This document shows positions 9,990 through 20,491 of a stretch of 64,000 nucleotides of DNA, piece by piece. The notes below the pieces were generated by a model. That model was not told the origin of the DNA. It saw only the letters and a list, made by a program, of their open reading frames with translations, and did not search any database. Made by a program: the position numbers and the translations under genes. How positions within the stretch are numbered: the first letter of the stretch is position 1; each line of letters begins with the position of its first letter. The stretch comes from a virus. The DNA is taken from the IMG/VR virus record IMGVR_UViG_3300036981_000377, positions 1-64,000 of that record; one strand, 5' to 3'.

Positions 9990-10172
9990 TTAGTTGTGTA
10001 ACTGGCCGGTCACTTGATTTGCCGCTTTTTTACGGAAATCATTGTCCAGCGCTTCAATCTCAAGCTTGTTGTGTTCTGCGTTTTTGGCCGTTGCGCAGTC
10101 AGCGGTTTTTGCTGACTCGTCGATATCAGGGGTTAGGCCGGGTTTAACAACACCCATTTTTTCCATTATCAT
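9990..10172 (-). CDS. Hypothetical protein
   Basis: 60 aa; start overlaps the upstream stop. Confidence 0.55.
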   Translation of the reverse strand: MIMEKMGVVKPGLTPDIDESAKTADCATAKNAEHNKLEIEALDNDFRKKAANQVTGQLHN

Positions 10173-11104
10173 TCTCCAATAACGGCCTTTTCGACCATTA
10201 GGACGCAGAACTCGCGCTCATCATAAACATACTGAAATCCGGTCGTATGAACAAGGTACAGCCGGCGATCGTTGTTAATTTGAACAGCCCAAGGGCGGCG
10301 ATAAGGATCATTTGCAGGCGGGAACCAGCGGGCAGCGGCTTGCTCAAAACGCAAGTCGTAAATTAACACAATAAAACCGCTTTCCGCTAAAGCGTCGTCG
10401 TCGTCCTGATTTACGTCAATTACAACATCGTGAAAAAAAGCAGGAACAGTGCCAATTCCCTCTTTTTCAAAGTACAGCAGTTTGTTTGGTGGGCCAGCGC
10501 TTGAGCCTTTAGACGAAGACGGCACCCTGTGCGCGTTCGTGGTTGCCTTTTTAAGACCAAAAGCCGCCATGGGGCTGTAGCTGCGGTCGATCATCTCGGG
10601 TGGCGTGTATTCGGTCTCAGGAGCCGCTGCCGCCACCTGATAAGCGTCAGTAGCGGTGGCGGTCGCAAAGGCGGCTGCAGTCGCATGCGCAACACCAGAC
10701 GGCTTATTCGCCATGTGCGGGGGTTTTGACGCCTGTACGCCAGAGTTGGCGATTTTTGCTAATTCTTCAAATGCCACAGCAGTTCTCTCCCGAATTGATT
10801 CAATATCGTTTCCGTGCACTTGGTTAACTGCAGATTCAAAAGCCTGCGCCGTAGCGCCTTTTGTAAATTGACTCAACGTTAAAGATTGCGCGTTAGGGTT
10901 GTCTGGGTCTATGACAATTCTGATTTGACCCTTACTGTGCGGATCAAAATTAAGCGGGCGGCCGTCAATTCCGGCGCTTGAGACGATAGCGCCTTTTAAA
11001 CCACGAGGCCCGCGAAGGCCAACTACGTCCGCAATAGTGCGGCCGCTCATCAGCGTTTCTTTTGCGGGATCTTTATATCCTTGCGGGAGCATTAAAAGTT
11101 CCAA
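10169..11104 (-). CDS. Hypothetical protein (start may be ATG 11092)
   Basis: 311 aa ORF. Confidence 0.7.
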   Translation of the reverse strand: MELLMLPQGYKDPAKETLMSGRTIADVVGLRGPRGLKGAIVSSAGIDGRPLNFDPHSKGQIRIVIDPDNPNAQSLTLSQFTKGATAQAFESAVNQVHGNDIESIRERTAVAFEELAKIANSGVQASKPPHMANKPSGVAHATAAAFATATATDAYQVAAAAPETEYTPPEMIDRSYSPMAAFGLKKATTNAHRVPSSSKGSSAGPPNKLLYFEKEGIGTVPAFFHDVVIDVNQDDDDALAESGFIVLIYDLRFEQAAARWFPPANDPYRRPWAVQINNDRRLYLVHTTGFQYVYDEREFCVLMVEKAVIGE

Positions 11105-11109
11105 TAGCT

Positions 11110-11140
11110 AAAAAAAGGGGGCCGCCTTACGGCAGCCCCC
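11110..11140 (-). terminator. Rho-independent terminator
   Basis: Minus-strand GGGGGCUGCC-GUAA-GGCGGCCCCC followed by U7. Confidence 0.75.
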
Positions 11141-11417
11141 CAAAAGAAGACGCCGTAAGCTGCTCGCAAACGGGGTAGATATCGCTTTTCTTTACATGGA
11201 AGAATAACCTGCCGAACGGAAATCCGCTACCGCAAGTTTTGACAAGCTGCTGGACAGTAATCAAAACCTCGGCATAGCAGACGCCATTTAACAAGTACGC
11301 TACCACCAGCCCAAAATCGACATTCTCGGGCAATGTCGGCGCGGGGCAGGGCGCAGGATCTCTTTCGAGAAGCCACGCCAGCACCGGTTTTTTTTCAGGC
11401 TGCAGCAGATATCTCAT
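11127..11417 (-). CDS. Hypothetical protein
   Basis: 96 aa; ATGA overlap with the upstream gene. Confidence 0.6.
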   Translation of the reverse strand: MRYLLQPEKKPVLAWLLERDPAPCPAPTLPENVDFGLVVAYLLNGVCYAEVLITVQQLVKTCGSGFPFGRLFFHVKKSDIYPVCEQLTASSFGGLP

Positions 11418-12691
11418 TCCGTTACAGCGACCTCCATGCTTTCAGCCACAGCTTCCGAGGCAACATCCTCGGGAGCTTCGGCGGCAAGGGGCAGCGTTAC
11501 AGACGCCGGCTGGATTTGTGCCGGCGCCTCAGTGAAACTACCAGACGCATAACTCGGAAGCGTGTTCAAGTCTTCCGTTTGGAAGACCTGCATTTTCGAG
11601 TAAGCGTGGACAACAAGCGGCCCGTAGGGCTTGCGGGCCGCAGCGATAAGCTCCTCGTCCGTGACGTGCTGCAGCAACGCTGAGCTAGGCGGGAAAGCTG
11701 CCCGCATAGCCCGAACAATTGTTGACGAAGGCAACGCATCAAGACCGATCGAAAAGTCGACCGGCTTGTGTGGTGCCGCCAGCGCGTCAAGAAGATTGCT
11801 CTCAGTTGCGAGTTCCGGCCAAGGCAGGCAAGCACGCATCTTCGGGAGCAAATCAGCAATTATCTTATCGCTCAACGTCCCGACCCCGACTTCTCTGATC
11901 CCTGCTTCGCGCAGGAGATCTCGAGCCGGGTTGAACGCAAGAAATACCTTCCGTGCCGGGTTAATTTCTTCAGCACCCAGCAGTTCTTCGTAGTTCTCAT
12001 ACGCCCAGCGGTTCCAGAACCCGGTCTCGATCTCCTTGTCGTACAGCAGCTCGGCATCGCCGAAAAGCTGTCCGCGCGAGATAATCTCAGACTCCTCCCG
12101 ACGCTTCTTGATGAAAAGCGCCTGAAGATCGGGGTCAATCGCCTGCGCAAGCTTCTGAAGCTTGCGCTCGTCTACTTTGATACGCGCCGTCATGATGACC
12201 AGCTGAGGAAGTACAAACTCCCCCGGTTCCTGAGCTGCTGTGTTAATCAGCAACTGCAGCAAATTATTTGCCGCAGTCATCAAGACGTGATGCTTAGCGT
12301 CCAACCGCAAACCTGGGCCCACACCCTGCTGGGGCGCGAGCGTGTAGTTGTGCGTTCGCATCACTGAATATTTGAGTTTCCCTCCTTGGGGTCGGCTTTC
12401 GACTACATTTAATGTAAGCGAATTATGCGGACCCGCCGTTAGCACAACGAATTGCGGCCTATTACGAAAATAGGGCTCTTCGCGGTGCACAGGCCTGAAC
12501 ATATTGGCGTCGTGCCGGCATCCCTGTCCGGGCAACACGACCATTGCTGACTTACCCACCAGACAGTCACGCAGATCTCGAAATTGTTCAATAAGATCTG
12601 CGTGACGCGCGATTTGCCTTGCAGTCCGTTCCATGCTTGGAAAGCTGGGATGAATTGCACCGACTCGCTTCTGGTCATTCGACATAAACAT
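11414..12691 (-). CDS. Hypothetical protein
   Basis: 425 aa ORF with GGAG RBS. Confidence 0.75.
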   Translation of the reverse strand: MFMSNDQKRVGAIHPSFPSMERTARQIARHADLIEQFRDLRDCLVGKSAMVVLPGQGCRHDANMFRPVHREEPYFRNRPQFVVLTAGPHNSLTLNVVESRPQGGKLKYSVMRTHNYTLAPQQGVGPGLRLDAKHHVLMTAANNLLQLLINTAAQEPGEFVLPQLVIMTARIKVDERKLQKLAQAIDPDLQALFIKKRREESEIISRGQLFGDAELLYDKEIETGFWNRWAYENYEELLGAEEINPARKVFLAFNPARDLLREAGIREVGVGTLSDKIIADLLPKMRACLPWPELATESNLLDALAAPHKPVDFSIGLDALPSSTIVRAMRAAFPPSSALLQHVTDEELIAAARKPYGPLVVHAYSKMQVFQTEDLNTLPSYASGSFTEAPAQIQPASVTLPLAAEAPEDVASEAVAESMEVAVTE

Positions 12692-12705
12692 ACTCCGTTT
12701 TGGGT

Positions 12706-12939
12706 TTAATGGTACTTAGAGTATTTAGCCCAATTATTGGCGACATGCCTACGGCCGCCGCAATTTTTTGGAATAAACACGTTACGGGATTGGTTCCTCC
12801 AATCCAATTCATCAACTAATTTTTTAGTGCCGTCGTAGAACAAGATTTCAATCCCATTCAACACACGGCGCTGTTCACGTACTGGCTGCCCGTCAAAGAC
12901 GAGCATTCGATACGAGCTAGTTGACGTTAAGTTAACCAT
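12706..12939 (-). CDS. Hypothetical protein
   Basis: 77 aa; GGAGG upstream. Confidence 0.55.
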   Translation of the reverse strand: MVNLTSTSSYRMLVFDGQPVREQRRVLNGIEILFYDGTKKLVDELDWRNQSRNVFIPKNCGGRRHVANNWAKYSKYH

Positions 12940-13039
12940 CTTCCATTTGACCTCCAGTAAGGCTTACACGCCTCGTGACAAATTAAAGATTCACGCACAA
13001 AATAGTGCGTACTTAATATGCCACGATTTTGCGTGTAAT

Positions 13040-13486
13040 TTAGCTGTCAGGGTCAGGAAGTATGTTGTCAAATACACCTACACTCTGGTCGTCGTTAGAA
13101 TCAAAAAACTCATCGGAGTTGTCGGCAAACGAGGTTGCGCCTTTTGGCGTTTTAATGACTGGCGGATCTGTTAGATGAATGGGGTCTATGCCAAGGTAAC
13201 CTGTCTCGTCTACCTCGAAGTCTTCGGCTTGCACGGTAAATAGCGGCTGAGGGCCCCACGGTGTCAGCAAATGCCGAAACGGCGGTTTGGACACACGCAG
13301 CATAGAACCCGCAAACGAAAAGACCGACACGTCTTTGTCCACAAGTTCTTTAAGCCGCTCCACAAGCGCTTCAAGCGTGTCAAATTCTTCTACGCCAAAG
13401 TCGCCGCTAGACTGAAGCACAGCCGCGTAAAATTTAGCGTCTTTAGTTGCTTTAGTGTCTTTGCTTGATTGTTTTTCTTTGCTCAT
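13040..13486 (-). CDS. Hypothetical acidic protein
   Basis: 148 aa; ATGA coupling. Confidence 0.65.
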   Translation of the reverse strand: MSKEKQSSKDTKATKDAKFYAAVLQSSGDFGVEEFDTLEALVERLKELVDKDVSVFSFAGSMLRVSKPPFRHLLTPWGPQPLFTVQAEDFEVDETGYLGIDPIHLTDPPVIKTPKGATSFADNSDEFFDSNDDQSVGVFDNILPDPDS

Positions 13487-14115
13487 GTCTCACCGCGTAA
13501 TTTTTTAAAGTCAGCCTCAGTAAACGAATTGCGTTTAAAACTGTTGGTGTGCTCTAGCGCTATGTTTGCCGGAATTGTTTTTACAAAAGGCGGCAGTACG
13601 CCATTAGGCTCTAAATACGTAACGTTATTATTTGCCAATACGCCAAAGATGTGTACTGGAATAAACACTGCCGCGTTAGTGAATTGCGGCATCGTTGGGT
13701 CTGGTATCGAGATCTCGTAGGTCACGGCGCTTGCAAAAAAATCGGAACCGCTTACGCCGAGACCGCCTAAGAAATTTAAACATGCGTTAGATTGAGCTTT
13801 GGGTATCGCATACAGCCGCCGATCCCAGTCAATTGTATTGCCACTAATTTGCGAAACGCCAAGCCCCGTAAAAAACGGAAACACAGGTTTAAACACTTCT
13901 ACGCAAAAAGGCTGCTCGTCCTTTGCAACGTTAAACCGCGCAACAAATTCACCAACGGGATCTGCCGGCATTTTGCCGTGCGTGACAAGAAGCGCCGGCG
14001 TAAAGCAAACAACGTCGCCGCTGCGTTCGCGCATTGCGGCAAGACAGGACAGCCGCGTTGTTGGCGCGTGCTCTTTTATAACCTCAGTCTGCGTGAGCCC
14101 CGCAGATTCGTTCAT
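13483..14115 (-). CDS. Hypothetical protein
   Basis: 210 aa; ATGA coupling to ruvC. Confidence 0.65.
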   Translation of the reverse strand: MNESAGLTQTEVIKEHAPTTRLSCLAAMRERSGDVVCFTPALLVTHGKMPADPVGEFVARFNVAKDEQPFCVEVFKPVFPFFTGLGVSQISGNTIDWDRRLYAIPKAQSNACLNFLGGLGVSGSDFFASAVTYEISIPDPTMPQFTNAAVFIPVHIFGVLANNNVTYLEPNGVLPPFVKTIPANIALEHTNSFKRNSFTEADFKKLRGET

Positions 14116-14741
14116 GATCCGACCCCGGTTTTAACATTACGTAGCAGCATAAGCAGCACAAAGGCGGCGTCTACAACGTTATCAATACCGTCATTTTTGT
14201 ACTTAGCCGGATCAAAAGCCGTTTCAAAATTTTTGTTTGCAGCCTTAATCATATCTTCTTTATTTGCGCGGCCGCTGCCGGTAGCAAACTTTTTAATCGT
14301 TGTAATACCAAAGCCCATAGACGGAATATTTTTTTCTTCTGCCCACGTAGCTACGGTTACTTTCATACCGCCAAGAACTTCTGAGGCTGTGGCGACACGA
14401 GCCATAATTGCCGGAATACCAAACTTGCGGTTTATGAAGAACTCCCGCGGCGGAGTGTATTTTACATCTTCGTACGCAATAGCGTCTGGGTTCACGACGT
14501 TTAAAAAACCGCGTAAACGAACAAACCGTGAAGCGCCTGAATCTAAACCATTGTTAGCTAAGTCCCACTGAAAGAACTCCAGCTTTTCTCGCAGCAATTT
14601 TTTGCCGGGCACGTAGTCGTAGATCGCGACGCCACAATTACTGCCGAGATCGAGGCCAAGACACCGAATGGCGCCCTCTTCTAGCTTGGGCAGTTTTGCC
14701 GCAAAGCCGTCCGGGTCACGATACATCCTGTACTTGGCCAT
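14112..14741 (-). CDS. ruvC: RuvC-like Holliday junction resolvase
   Basis: LGLDLGSNCGVA, IAYEDV, TIKKFATGSGRANKEDM, DNVVDA (acidic catalytic residues present). Confidence 0.85.
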   Translation of the reverse strand: MAKYRMYRDPDGFAAKLPKLEEGAIRCLGLDLGSNCGVAIYDYVPGKKLLREKLEFFQWDLANNGLDSGASRFVRLRGFLNVVNPDAIAYEDVKYTPPREFFINRKFGIPAIMARVATASEVLGGMKVTVATWAEEKNIPSMGFGITTIKKFATGSGRANKEDMIKAANKNFETAFDPAKYKNDGIDNVVDAAFVLLMLLRNVKTGVGS

Positions 14742-14742
14742 A

Positions 14743-15393
14743 TTACTTCCAAAAAATAAGGCGATTAAACAACGACTTTTTTGCAGTCGATTTTTCGATT
14801 GGAGGTGCCAGTGTAGCGATAGCCGCTTTTTCGCTCAATAGGGCGTTGAGCTTTTGAAGTTGTTCGCCTAAGGAGTTAACGCGCGACTGCAGTAAATCGT
14901 TGCGCAACTGTAATTGCGCTAACTGCTGCTCTTGTTTTGTTGGTAAAACTTTAGCGCCAACCACGCTGCGGACAGTAGCTATAAAGTCAGCCATACCAGC
15001 AGCGGCAGGCGATTCTTCATTTACGCGCGTAACATCGCGCACGGCGACAAACCACGCAGCGCAAAAAACCTCGCCGATGCTCGCAAAAAGGAGCTGCCGC
15101 ACTAAATACGGAATGTCAGTAAAGTCTCGACGGGCCAGAGCCTGCTCAAAACTAGTAACCGGATCAGCGGCGTTGATAAAATCGCGTTGGGCGCGCGCCA
15201 GCGCTTCAGCGGCGGCGATGACGGCATCTGCAGTTATGCCCTGTTCTTCTTGCCATTGCAGCGCTTCTACCGTTGCGGGTTTAGCCGCGCGCTCAACACC
15301 AGCGCACATCAGCGTTGGCGTCACGTAAGCGTAATCGCGCTCTGGGTGATACGCCGGCCCGTGCTCGCCTTTGGGTCTGTAGCCAATAGCCAT
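14743..15393 (-). CDS. Hypothetical protein with C-terminal coiled coil
   Basis: Start moved to ATG 15393 (GGAGG RBS) from the ORF-track 15450. Confidence 0.65.
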   Translation of the reverse strand: MAIGYRPKGEHGPAYHPERDYAYVTPTLMCAGVERAAKPATVEALQWQEEQGITADAVIAAAEALARAQRDFINAADPVTSFEQALARRDFTDIPYLVRQLLFASIGEVFCAAWFVAVRDVTRVNEESPAAAGMADFIATVRSVVGAKVLPTKQEQQLAQLQLRNDLLQSRVNSLGEQLQKLNALLSEKAAIATLAPPIEKSTAKKSLFNRLIFWK

Positions 15394-15479
15394 AAAACCT
15401 CCTTGTTCAATATCGCATAAGTACGATACCGAAAAACACCGAAAAGGCAATAGCGCTGATAGCTAAAAAATAACCGGAA

Positions 15480-16319
15480 TTAACTTCCGGTTACGTGGTG
15501 CGCCAATTGGCGAGACTGCCAACAAGAAAGGCACAAATCAACGCTGCGATCAATATCAAAAAAACTATCGAGCTCGCAGTTATTGCAATGCTGTTTAACA
15601 AGAGCTTGTTGAAAAATTGCTGCTGGGCAATCTGTGCAGCCAAGAGCGCAATGTTCGCATAGGTGCGCAAAAAGCTGCGGACAGGGACTAACGCGCGTTC
15701 GAATAGCAATTATTTGATGATTGTACGCTTGCATAGACGGCGAGCACGCTATGTTCTGAAAATGCAACGACTCCGTACTTCGGTGGGCCTCAATAAAAAC
15801 CAAGAACCTGAGGTTAGTAAAGTGAACGCTACTGATATACGGGCGAGCGTTTGAAAACCCGACTACTCGGGAAATAGCAGAACAACTTGCACGAGATAAA
15901 AACTGCTCAAATACGCCGGGACAATAAGAACCCGCTAGCGCCCGGCACTGAAATAAGACGCCCGGTTTGCCGCGTTGTCGGGCTGGATCCACCTGAAGAA
16001 CTTGTACGGGCATCCACTCGTCAGATACTTGCCGCGTCCACGAAATAACCGGTATACCGTCGCGAAGCAATTCCGCGTTTCCAGCTAAACGCCAAGAAAA
16101 CGCCCCCGCGTCTTTTCGGTCTAGGACGGCGCCGGCTAAAGACCGGCAGGTTTCAAACACGGCGTCGCGCGACACCCGCGGAGGTAACGCCTGATAAACG
16201 TCGGCGGTTAAGTCTTTAAAAGTGTCGCCAATTATGTTTTTATCGATGTACGGCCGAAGCGCCTGAATTAATTTGTCTCTTTGTTTGAATATGCGAGAAA
16301 GATTGAATTGTTTTTTCAT
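15480..16319 (-). CDS. Hypothetical protein with Cys-rich C-terminal (Zn-binding) region
   Basis: 279 aa; CP...CEHC...CTDC...CNNC...CLSC. Confidence 0.7.
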   Translation of the reverse strand: MKKQFNLSRIFKQRDKLIQALRPYIDKNIIGDTFKDLTADVYQALPPRVSRDAVFETCRSLAGAVLDRKDAGAFSWRLAGNAELLRDGIPVISWTRQVSDEWMPVQVLQVDPARQRGKPGVLFQCRALAGSYCPGVFEQFLSRASCSAISRVVGFSNARPYISSVHFTNLRFLVFIEAHRSTESLHFQNIACSPSMQAYNHQIIAIRTRVSPCPQLFAHLCEHCALGCTDCPAAIFQQALVKQHCNNCELDSFFDIDRSVDLCLSCWQSRQLAHHVTGS

Positions 16320-16876
16320 TTCGGGAGCGTTGTTTGTAGCGTTATGGGCGAAGTTAGAGGTACAGAAAGCGTAGGCTGCGAGTTAGGCTGCGGGCGGAGC
16401 CGAGCAGAATCCACTGCGGACTTCATAGCCGTAGTTACCTGCTCCAAAGTAATCAACTCATTGTGGATGCTTTCGACTAAACGCCGCAGCTCAGCAGCAA
16501 TCAAATTAGAGATATCCCCAATAAAGTTGACAGTCGAGATATTTGCTTCGCTATCAACGCCATCTAACGCATAAAGAATTTGAATATTCTTAATGGCGAT
16601 ACTTGGGGGCAACTTATCGGCTTGCGATAGCCCTTGAAGCGGGCGAGCTAGTGCCCGTAAAGAAACGTAGCGGGCGTGCATGTCTGTAAAATCAACTGCG
16701 TGCGCAGCAATAGCCTCAGCCGGATTTGTAATCATAGTGCCGTCTGCCGGCTGGTTAGAAGAGACAGGTACTGTCGCGGTAAGCGTCGGGGCAGGAGAAA
16801 TAATCGCTTGCGCCTTACTGGGCGCCTCATCGCACACAGTTGTCTTGCATTTTCCAGTCTTGCAGCTTTTTGCCAT
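16316..16876 (-). CDS. Hypothetical protein
   Basis: Start moved to ATG 16876 (GGAGG RBS). Confidence 0.6.
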   Translation of the reverse strand: MAKSCKTGKCKTTVCDEAPSKAQAIISPAPTLTATVPVSSNQPADGTMITNPAEAIAAHAVDFTDMHARYVSLRALARPLQGLSQADKLPPSIAIKNIQILYALDGVDSEANISTVNFIGDISNLIAAELRRLVESIHNELITLEQVTTAMKSAVDSARLRPQPNSQPTLSVPLTSPITLQTTLPK

Positions 16877-16877
16877 G

Positions 16878-17279
16878 TTACACCTCCGGGGATACAGCAA
16901 AACCAAACCAATAAACCATTGCCGATAAATTGCCGGCAGCGTCGTATTCAAGCTCAGCTGGGTTGCCTGTTATCACACGCAACTGCTCAACTAAAAACGG
17001 AGCGGCGGCTGCAGCAATTAAACCACGTTTGAACATAAACGCAAGAGCTAAATCACCCTGCGGCGGCAGCCTATACTCAAACAACGGCACGCGAATAAAC
17101 TCATCGTGGTCTGTTGTTGCCCACGATATCCCGTCAAGCTCAGAAATAGCCGAGTCAGCGACCAGCCATTTTGTAGCGTCGTTGGTGGGCCGATTAATAA
17201 TAAACGCGGGGGCAAAGACAGAATCTGCCCATGTGGCCTTTGTCCGAACAAGATCCATACGGGTAACTATTGTCTTCAT
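16878..17279 (-). CDS. Hypothetical protein
   Basis: 133 aa; ATGA coupling. Confidence 0.6.
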   Translation of the reverse strand: MKTIVTRMDLVRTKATWADSVFAPAFIINRPTNDATKWLVADSAISELDGISWATTDHDEFIRVPLFEYRLPPQGDLALAFMFKRGLIAAAAAPFLVEQLRVITGNPAELEYDAAGNLSAMVYWFGFAVSPEV

Positions 17280-17839
17280 GCGCTTATTGCGGCCTTAGCT
17301 ACTGCGACTGGCAACACTACTGGCCCAACTTTAGACTTAGCAACAAAACCAATTAAATCCACAACAGCGTCTCGCGATATCTTCTTGTTGCGGGCGTATT
17401 TATTGACAATGTTATCTAACGTGTCTAAAAAATCGTCGCGAATTTGGGCGCTATTAAACGACAGCCTAACTGAAAATTGAGTGATCGTATCGCCAATCTG
17501 CTCAGGCGCTGCGTCATTTTTTAGCCAGACACCTGTTTTAGCGTCTCGCGTATAAACTGTGCGCAGCTTGCCTAAATAGTCATAAACTAACAAGAATGGG
17601 CTCTTCTCAATATCGCTGTCCATGGTAAACACGTGGGGCGCAGAAGATGACGCAATTAACGGTAATTGCTCAGATATTTCTGACGTAATGTTTACACGCT
17701 CGAACGGCACATAAAACAAGCGTTCGGACTTTTGCCCGGGTTTGTCAGGCCGCGAAGACAGCTGCACTTGGACAACGCCGACCTCGAGTGCGCCTACGCC
17801 TGGCTCAATAACGACAGGCACATCTTTAAAATACAGCAT
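17276..17839 (-). CDS. Hypothetical protein
   Basis: 187 aa; GAGG RBS. Confidence 0.65.
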   Translation of the reverse strand: MLYFKDVPVVIEPGVGALEVGVVQVQLSSRPDKPGQKSERLFYVPFERVNITSEISEQLPLIASSSAPHVFTMDSDIEKSPFLLVYDYLGKLRTVYTRDAKTGVWLKNDAAPEQIGDTITQFSVRLSFNSAQIRDDFLDTLDNIVNKYARNKKISRDAVVDLIGFVAKSKVGPVVLPVAVAKAAISA

Positions 17840-17841
17840 TT

Positions 17842-18765
17842 TTACCTCGTAATGCTTTTAGTTGTTTTTCCGGACCAAAACTCTTCCGCCGGGGCTGTAT
17901 TTGTGCCGGTTACTTCTACTGCATCAACTACTTCATTAGCTTCTTCCTCGTCAATTTTGGCAATAAACTCATTTACTTTTTGACACATTTGCTGGTGAAT
18001 CTGTACCAGCTCGTTTAGCTTGTCAAAATTTTCTGTAATCTCTTCCATGTAGCCGCGCATCGTGTCAGTAATCTTTGTGGTCGACGCGTTCATAAGCGTG
18101 TCGTACAGGCCGCCGTCGTCTACCCAAAGTTTCTCTGACCGAGCAATAAATTTGCGCTGGTGATCAAGCAAGTCGTAAAGACGCTGCTTAAGCCCCTTGG
18201 GCGCCGAGGGTGACTTTTCTCGCGTCTTCTCTGTCCCCCGAATCTCGTTTAACTCGACTGATAGAGCTTTCGTTGTATAGGCTTCCTGCGCACAACGGTC
18301 TTCAATTACACGCCGCTGGTCAGGGTCACGCACCGTCAATAAAAGCTGCACATGCGAAGCCGTGATTCGCCAGCCGGGACGAGCCGGGCATCGCCGATTC
18401 ACAAGCGCTTCAATAGCAGCGGGCGTTGAATACGTCTCATATAGGGTGCGAGCAGTTTCAAATTGTTCAGGCCGAATAGCCTGATCAAAAGCCTGAAACA
18501 AAAGAGCAGACGGCACAATATGTTGCGACTGCTGTTCTGGTTTAAGATATTTTTCAGAATTATTGTCAATTTCGTGGACAAGTTCGCCCACGCGCCACAG
18601 CGCCATAATGTTGGCGGCGTGTTGTTCCGTGATCAGCTCGTCAATCTTGTGAATAACCTCTACCAACCGCTCGTGCAGGTCGCCTACGTTGACGAGCTGC
18701 CCGGAAATAGGTTGGCTGGAAACGTTGATTAACATTGCATGCTCCTTCATGAAAACTTTAGACAC
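17842..18765 (-). CDS. DUF1016 N-terminal (YhcG-N)-like protein
   Basis: LWRVGELV...ARTLYETY...ITASHVQLLLTVRDPDQR...AQEAYTTKAL parallels YhcG-N YW.IG...R.FY..Y...LSWSH..LL.V.D...R...A....WS.R.L. Confidence 0.5.
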   Translation of the reverse strand: MSKVFMKEHAMLINVSSQPISGQLVNVGDLHERLVEVIHKIDELITEQHAANIMALWRVGELVHEIDNNSEKYLKPEQQSQHIVPSALLFQAFDQAIRPEQFETARTLYETYSTPAAIEALVNRRCPARPGWRITASHVQLLLTVRDPDQRRVIEDRCAQEAYTTKALSVELNEIRGTEKTREKSPSAPKGLKQRLYDLLDHQRKFIARSEKLWVDDGGLYDTLMNASTTKITDTMRGYMEEITENFDKLNELVQIHQQMCQKVNEFIAKIDEEEANEVVDAVEVTGTNTAPAEEFWSGKTTKSITR

Positions 18766-19912
18766 TATCAGACTGTTTTTTCTTTTTTGGCAGTAGCAGT
18801 TCTAACGCTACAGTTTGGAGCTTGTCGCGAAAGCTGGTTGGTTGATTACGGGCGTGGCGTAAAACAGAGCAAATTAGATCGTAGCCCGTGCGGCCTAGCA
18901 GCACCTTGCGCGTATAAACATCAAGCGGATTTCGGGGTTGTATATCTGCGCCAACCATCGCTGAATTTTTGGCTATTAGCTTAGCCATATCTTTCTGAAC
19001 ACCGTAACCAATTAAATAACTTGACCACTTCTTGCAAACGCTTTCAAATTCTTCAGTGTCGTCGGTAAAGCCTAGCTTTAATTGTTGCAGAACGCGTACG
19101 CGGGTTTTTAACTCGTCTAGGTCGATGCGTTTCTCAAACGTCTGGCTAATTAACGCGCCCGTACGCCCGACAAGATCAGTACCTACATGCACGATACGCT
19201 GATTACGCCCAGAATCGCTCAAGGCTAGGCCGAACCGGGTGTATAGGCACGGAAGAGCGCGAACAGCATTTCCAGCATCTTCTCGGTTGCAGAAATACCA
19301 GCCAGTCGCGAACGTGTGCGCCGCGTCTGAATAAATGTCTGTGCGTCTAGTGCTCGGATCAATGATATACACTCGAAGCTCACGCCCGACAAGCTCTGCG
19401 CGATAAAACCGGGCATCAGGTTCATTAGTGGTCATCTGATTGCGAATCATCTCAAAAAATTCTGAGTTGTCGAGGAGCTTGTGGTTAAGCCCGAGAAAAC
19501 CGTCAATAACCCGCGACTGGTGGTCCACAAGAAGGCTGCGCTCACGCAACGACTCAAAACGAACCCGCAATGCTTCGTTATAAATGCTCACAGCAGAAGG
19601 TACGCTGCACTCTTCGGCGTCCATAAACTTAGACGCTGACTCGCCGGAAATTTCACCAAATAACCTACCCAACCCGCCAGCAATTGCGATACACACCGCG
19701 TTAAAGCCAAGTAAATTAAACCTGTAACCGCTTTCGGATAATCGCCCGTCGGCAGTCAGCGTTAATTGCGACGCGTCAGAGATAGGCACAAGTTCAGTGC
19801 TTGCGCTGCGTTTTAACAAGTAATCTGCGCAGGCTTGCTCTTGTTGCGCTGAAAAAGACAGAGCAACAATTGACGAAAACATGCTGCGACGGTGGTGCGG
19901 CAAACCAGACAT
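18758..19912 (-). CDS. DUF932-like protein
   Basis: NHKLLDNSEF...GWYFCNREDAGNAVRALPCLYT...HVG resembles the DUF932 core; lies two genes downstream of recA. Confidence 0.45.
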   Translation of the reverse strand: MSGLPHHRRSMFSSIVALSFSAQQEQACADYLLKRSASTELVPISDASQLTLTADGRLSESGYRFNLLGFNAVCIAIAGGLGRLFGEISGESASKFMDAEECSVPSAVSIYNEALRVRFESLRERSLLVDHQSRVIDGFLGLNHKLLDNSEFFEMIRNQMTTNEPDARFYRAELVGRELRVYIIDPSTRRTDIYSDAAHTFATGWYFCNREDAGNAVRALPCLYTRFGLALSDSGRNQRIVHVGTDLVGRTGALISQTFEKRIDLDELKTRVRVLQQLKLGFTDDTEEFESVCKKWSSYLIGYGVQKDMAKLIAKNSAMVGADIQPRNPLDVYTRKVLLGRTGYDLICSVLRHARNQPTSFRDKLQTVALELLLPKKKKQSDSV

Positions 19913-19921
19913 GTAGCCAGT

Positions 19922-20491
19922 TTAAGCAGGGAACCACTCTGAGCCAATAGCGCTACACGCACTTTTTAACGGCTCTATAAATAAATGCCGCCGTGAGTTA
20001 CCTAGCCGCACCAAGAGCTGCATGCGCGTGTCTTCAACACCCGGGTCTTCGTAGCCTGCGTCGCGGAATGTATGTAAGCAATAAGGAGTTTTAATTAAAG
20101 GAAAAACAAGCATATACGAATCTTTTACCGGATCTAGTTCGGCAACGGCCAGCGCATGAGACAATTTACGCAAAAGCTTATTCTGCTTTATAGGTTTAAA
20201 CAGCTCCGGCAGGCTTACGCTATGCACATGTGGGATTCGTTTGCCAAATAACTTGCCCGGGAAATGATTTTGATATGCGGAATTAAACCACTGAAAATTA
20301 AGCTTGGGCTCGCCCGTAGCTTGCCGGCACGCATTTGCCAGTCGGCCCCAGCCAGACATTTTAATTCCACACTCTGTAATTACGCGTTTAATTACGCGCT
20401 CTTCATACGCCAACTGCCGGAGACGTTTAATCTCGTCGGCAGCTGGCGTAGTTTCATTAAAGAGCTGCTCAAAGAACTCGTCGCGACTCAT
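19922..20491 (-). CDS. Hypothetical protein
   Basis: 189 aa; ATGA coupling to recA. Confidence 0.65.
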   Translation of the reverse strand: MSRDEFFEQLFNETTPAADEIKRLRQLAYEERVIKRVITECGIKMSGWGRLANACRQATGEPKLNFQWFNSAYQNHFPGKLFGKRIPHVHSVSLPELFKPIKQNKLLRKLSHALAVAELDPVKDSYMLVFPLIKTPYCLHTFRDAGYEDPGVEDTRMQLLVRLGNSRRHLFIEPLKSACSAIGSEWFPA

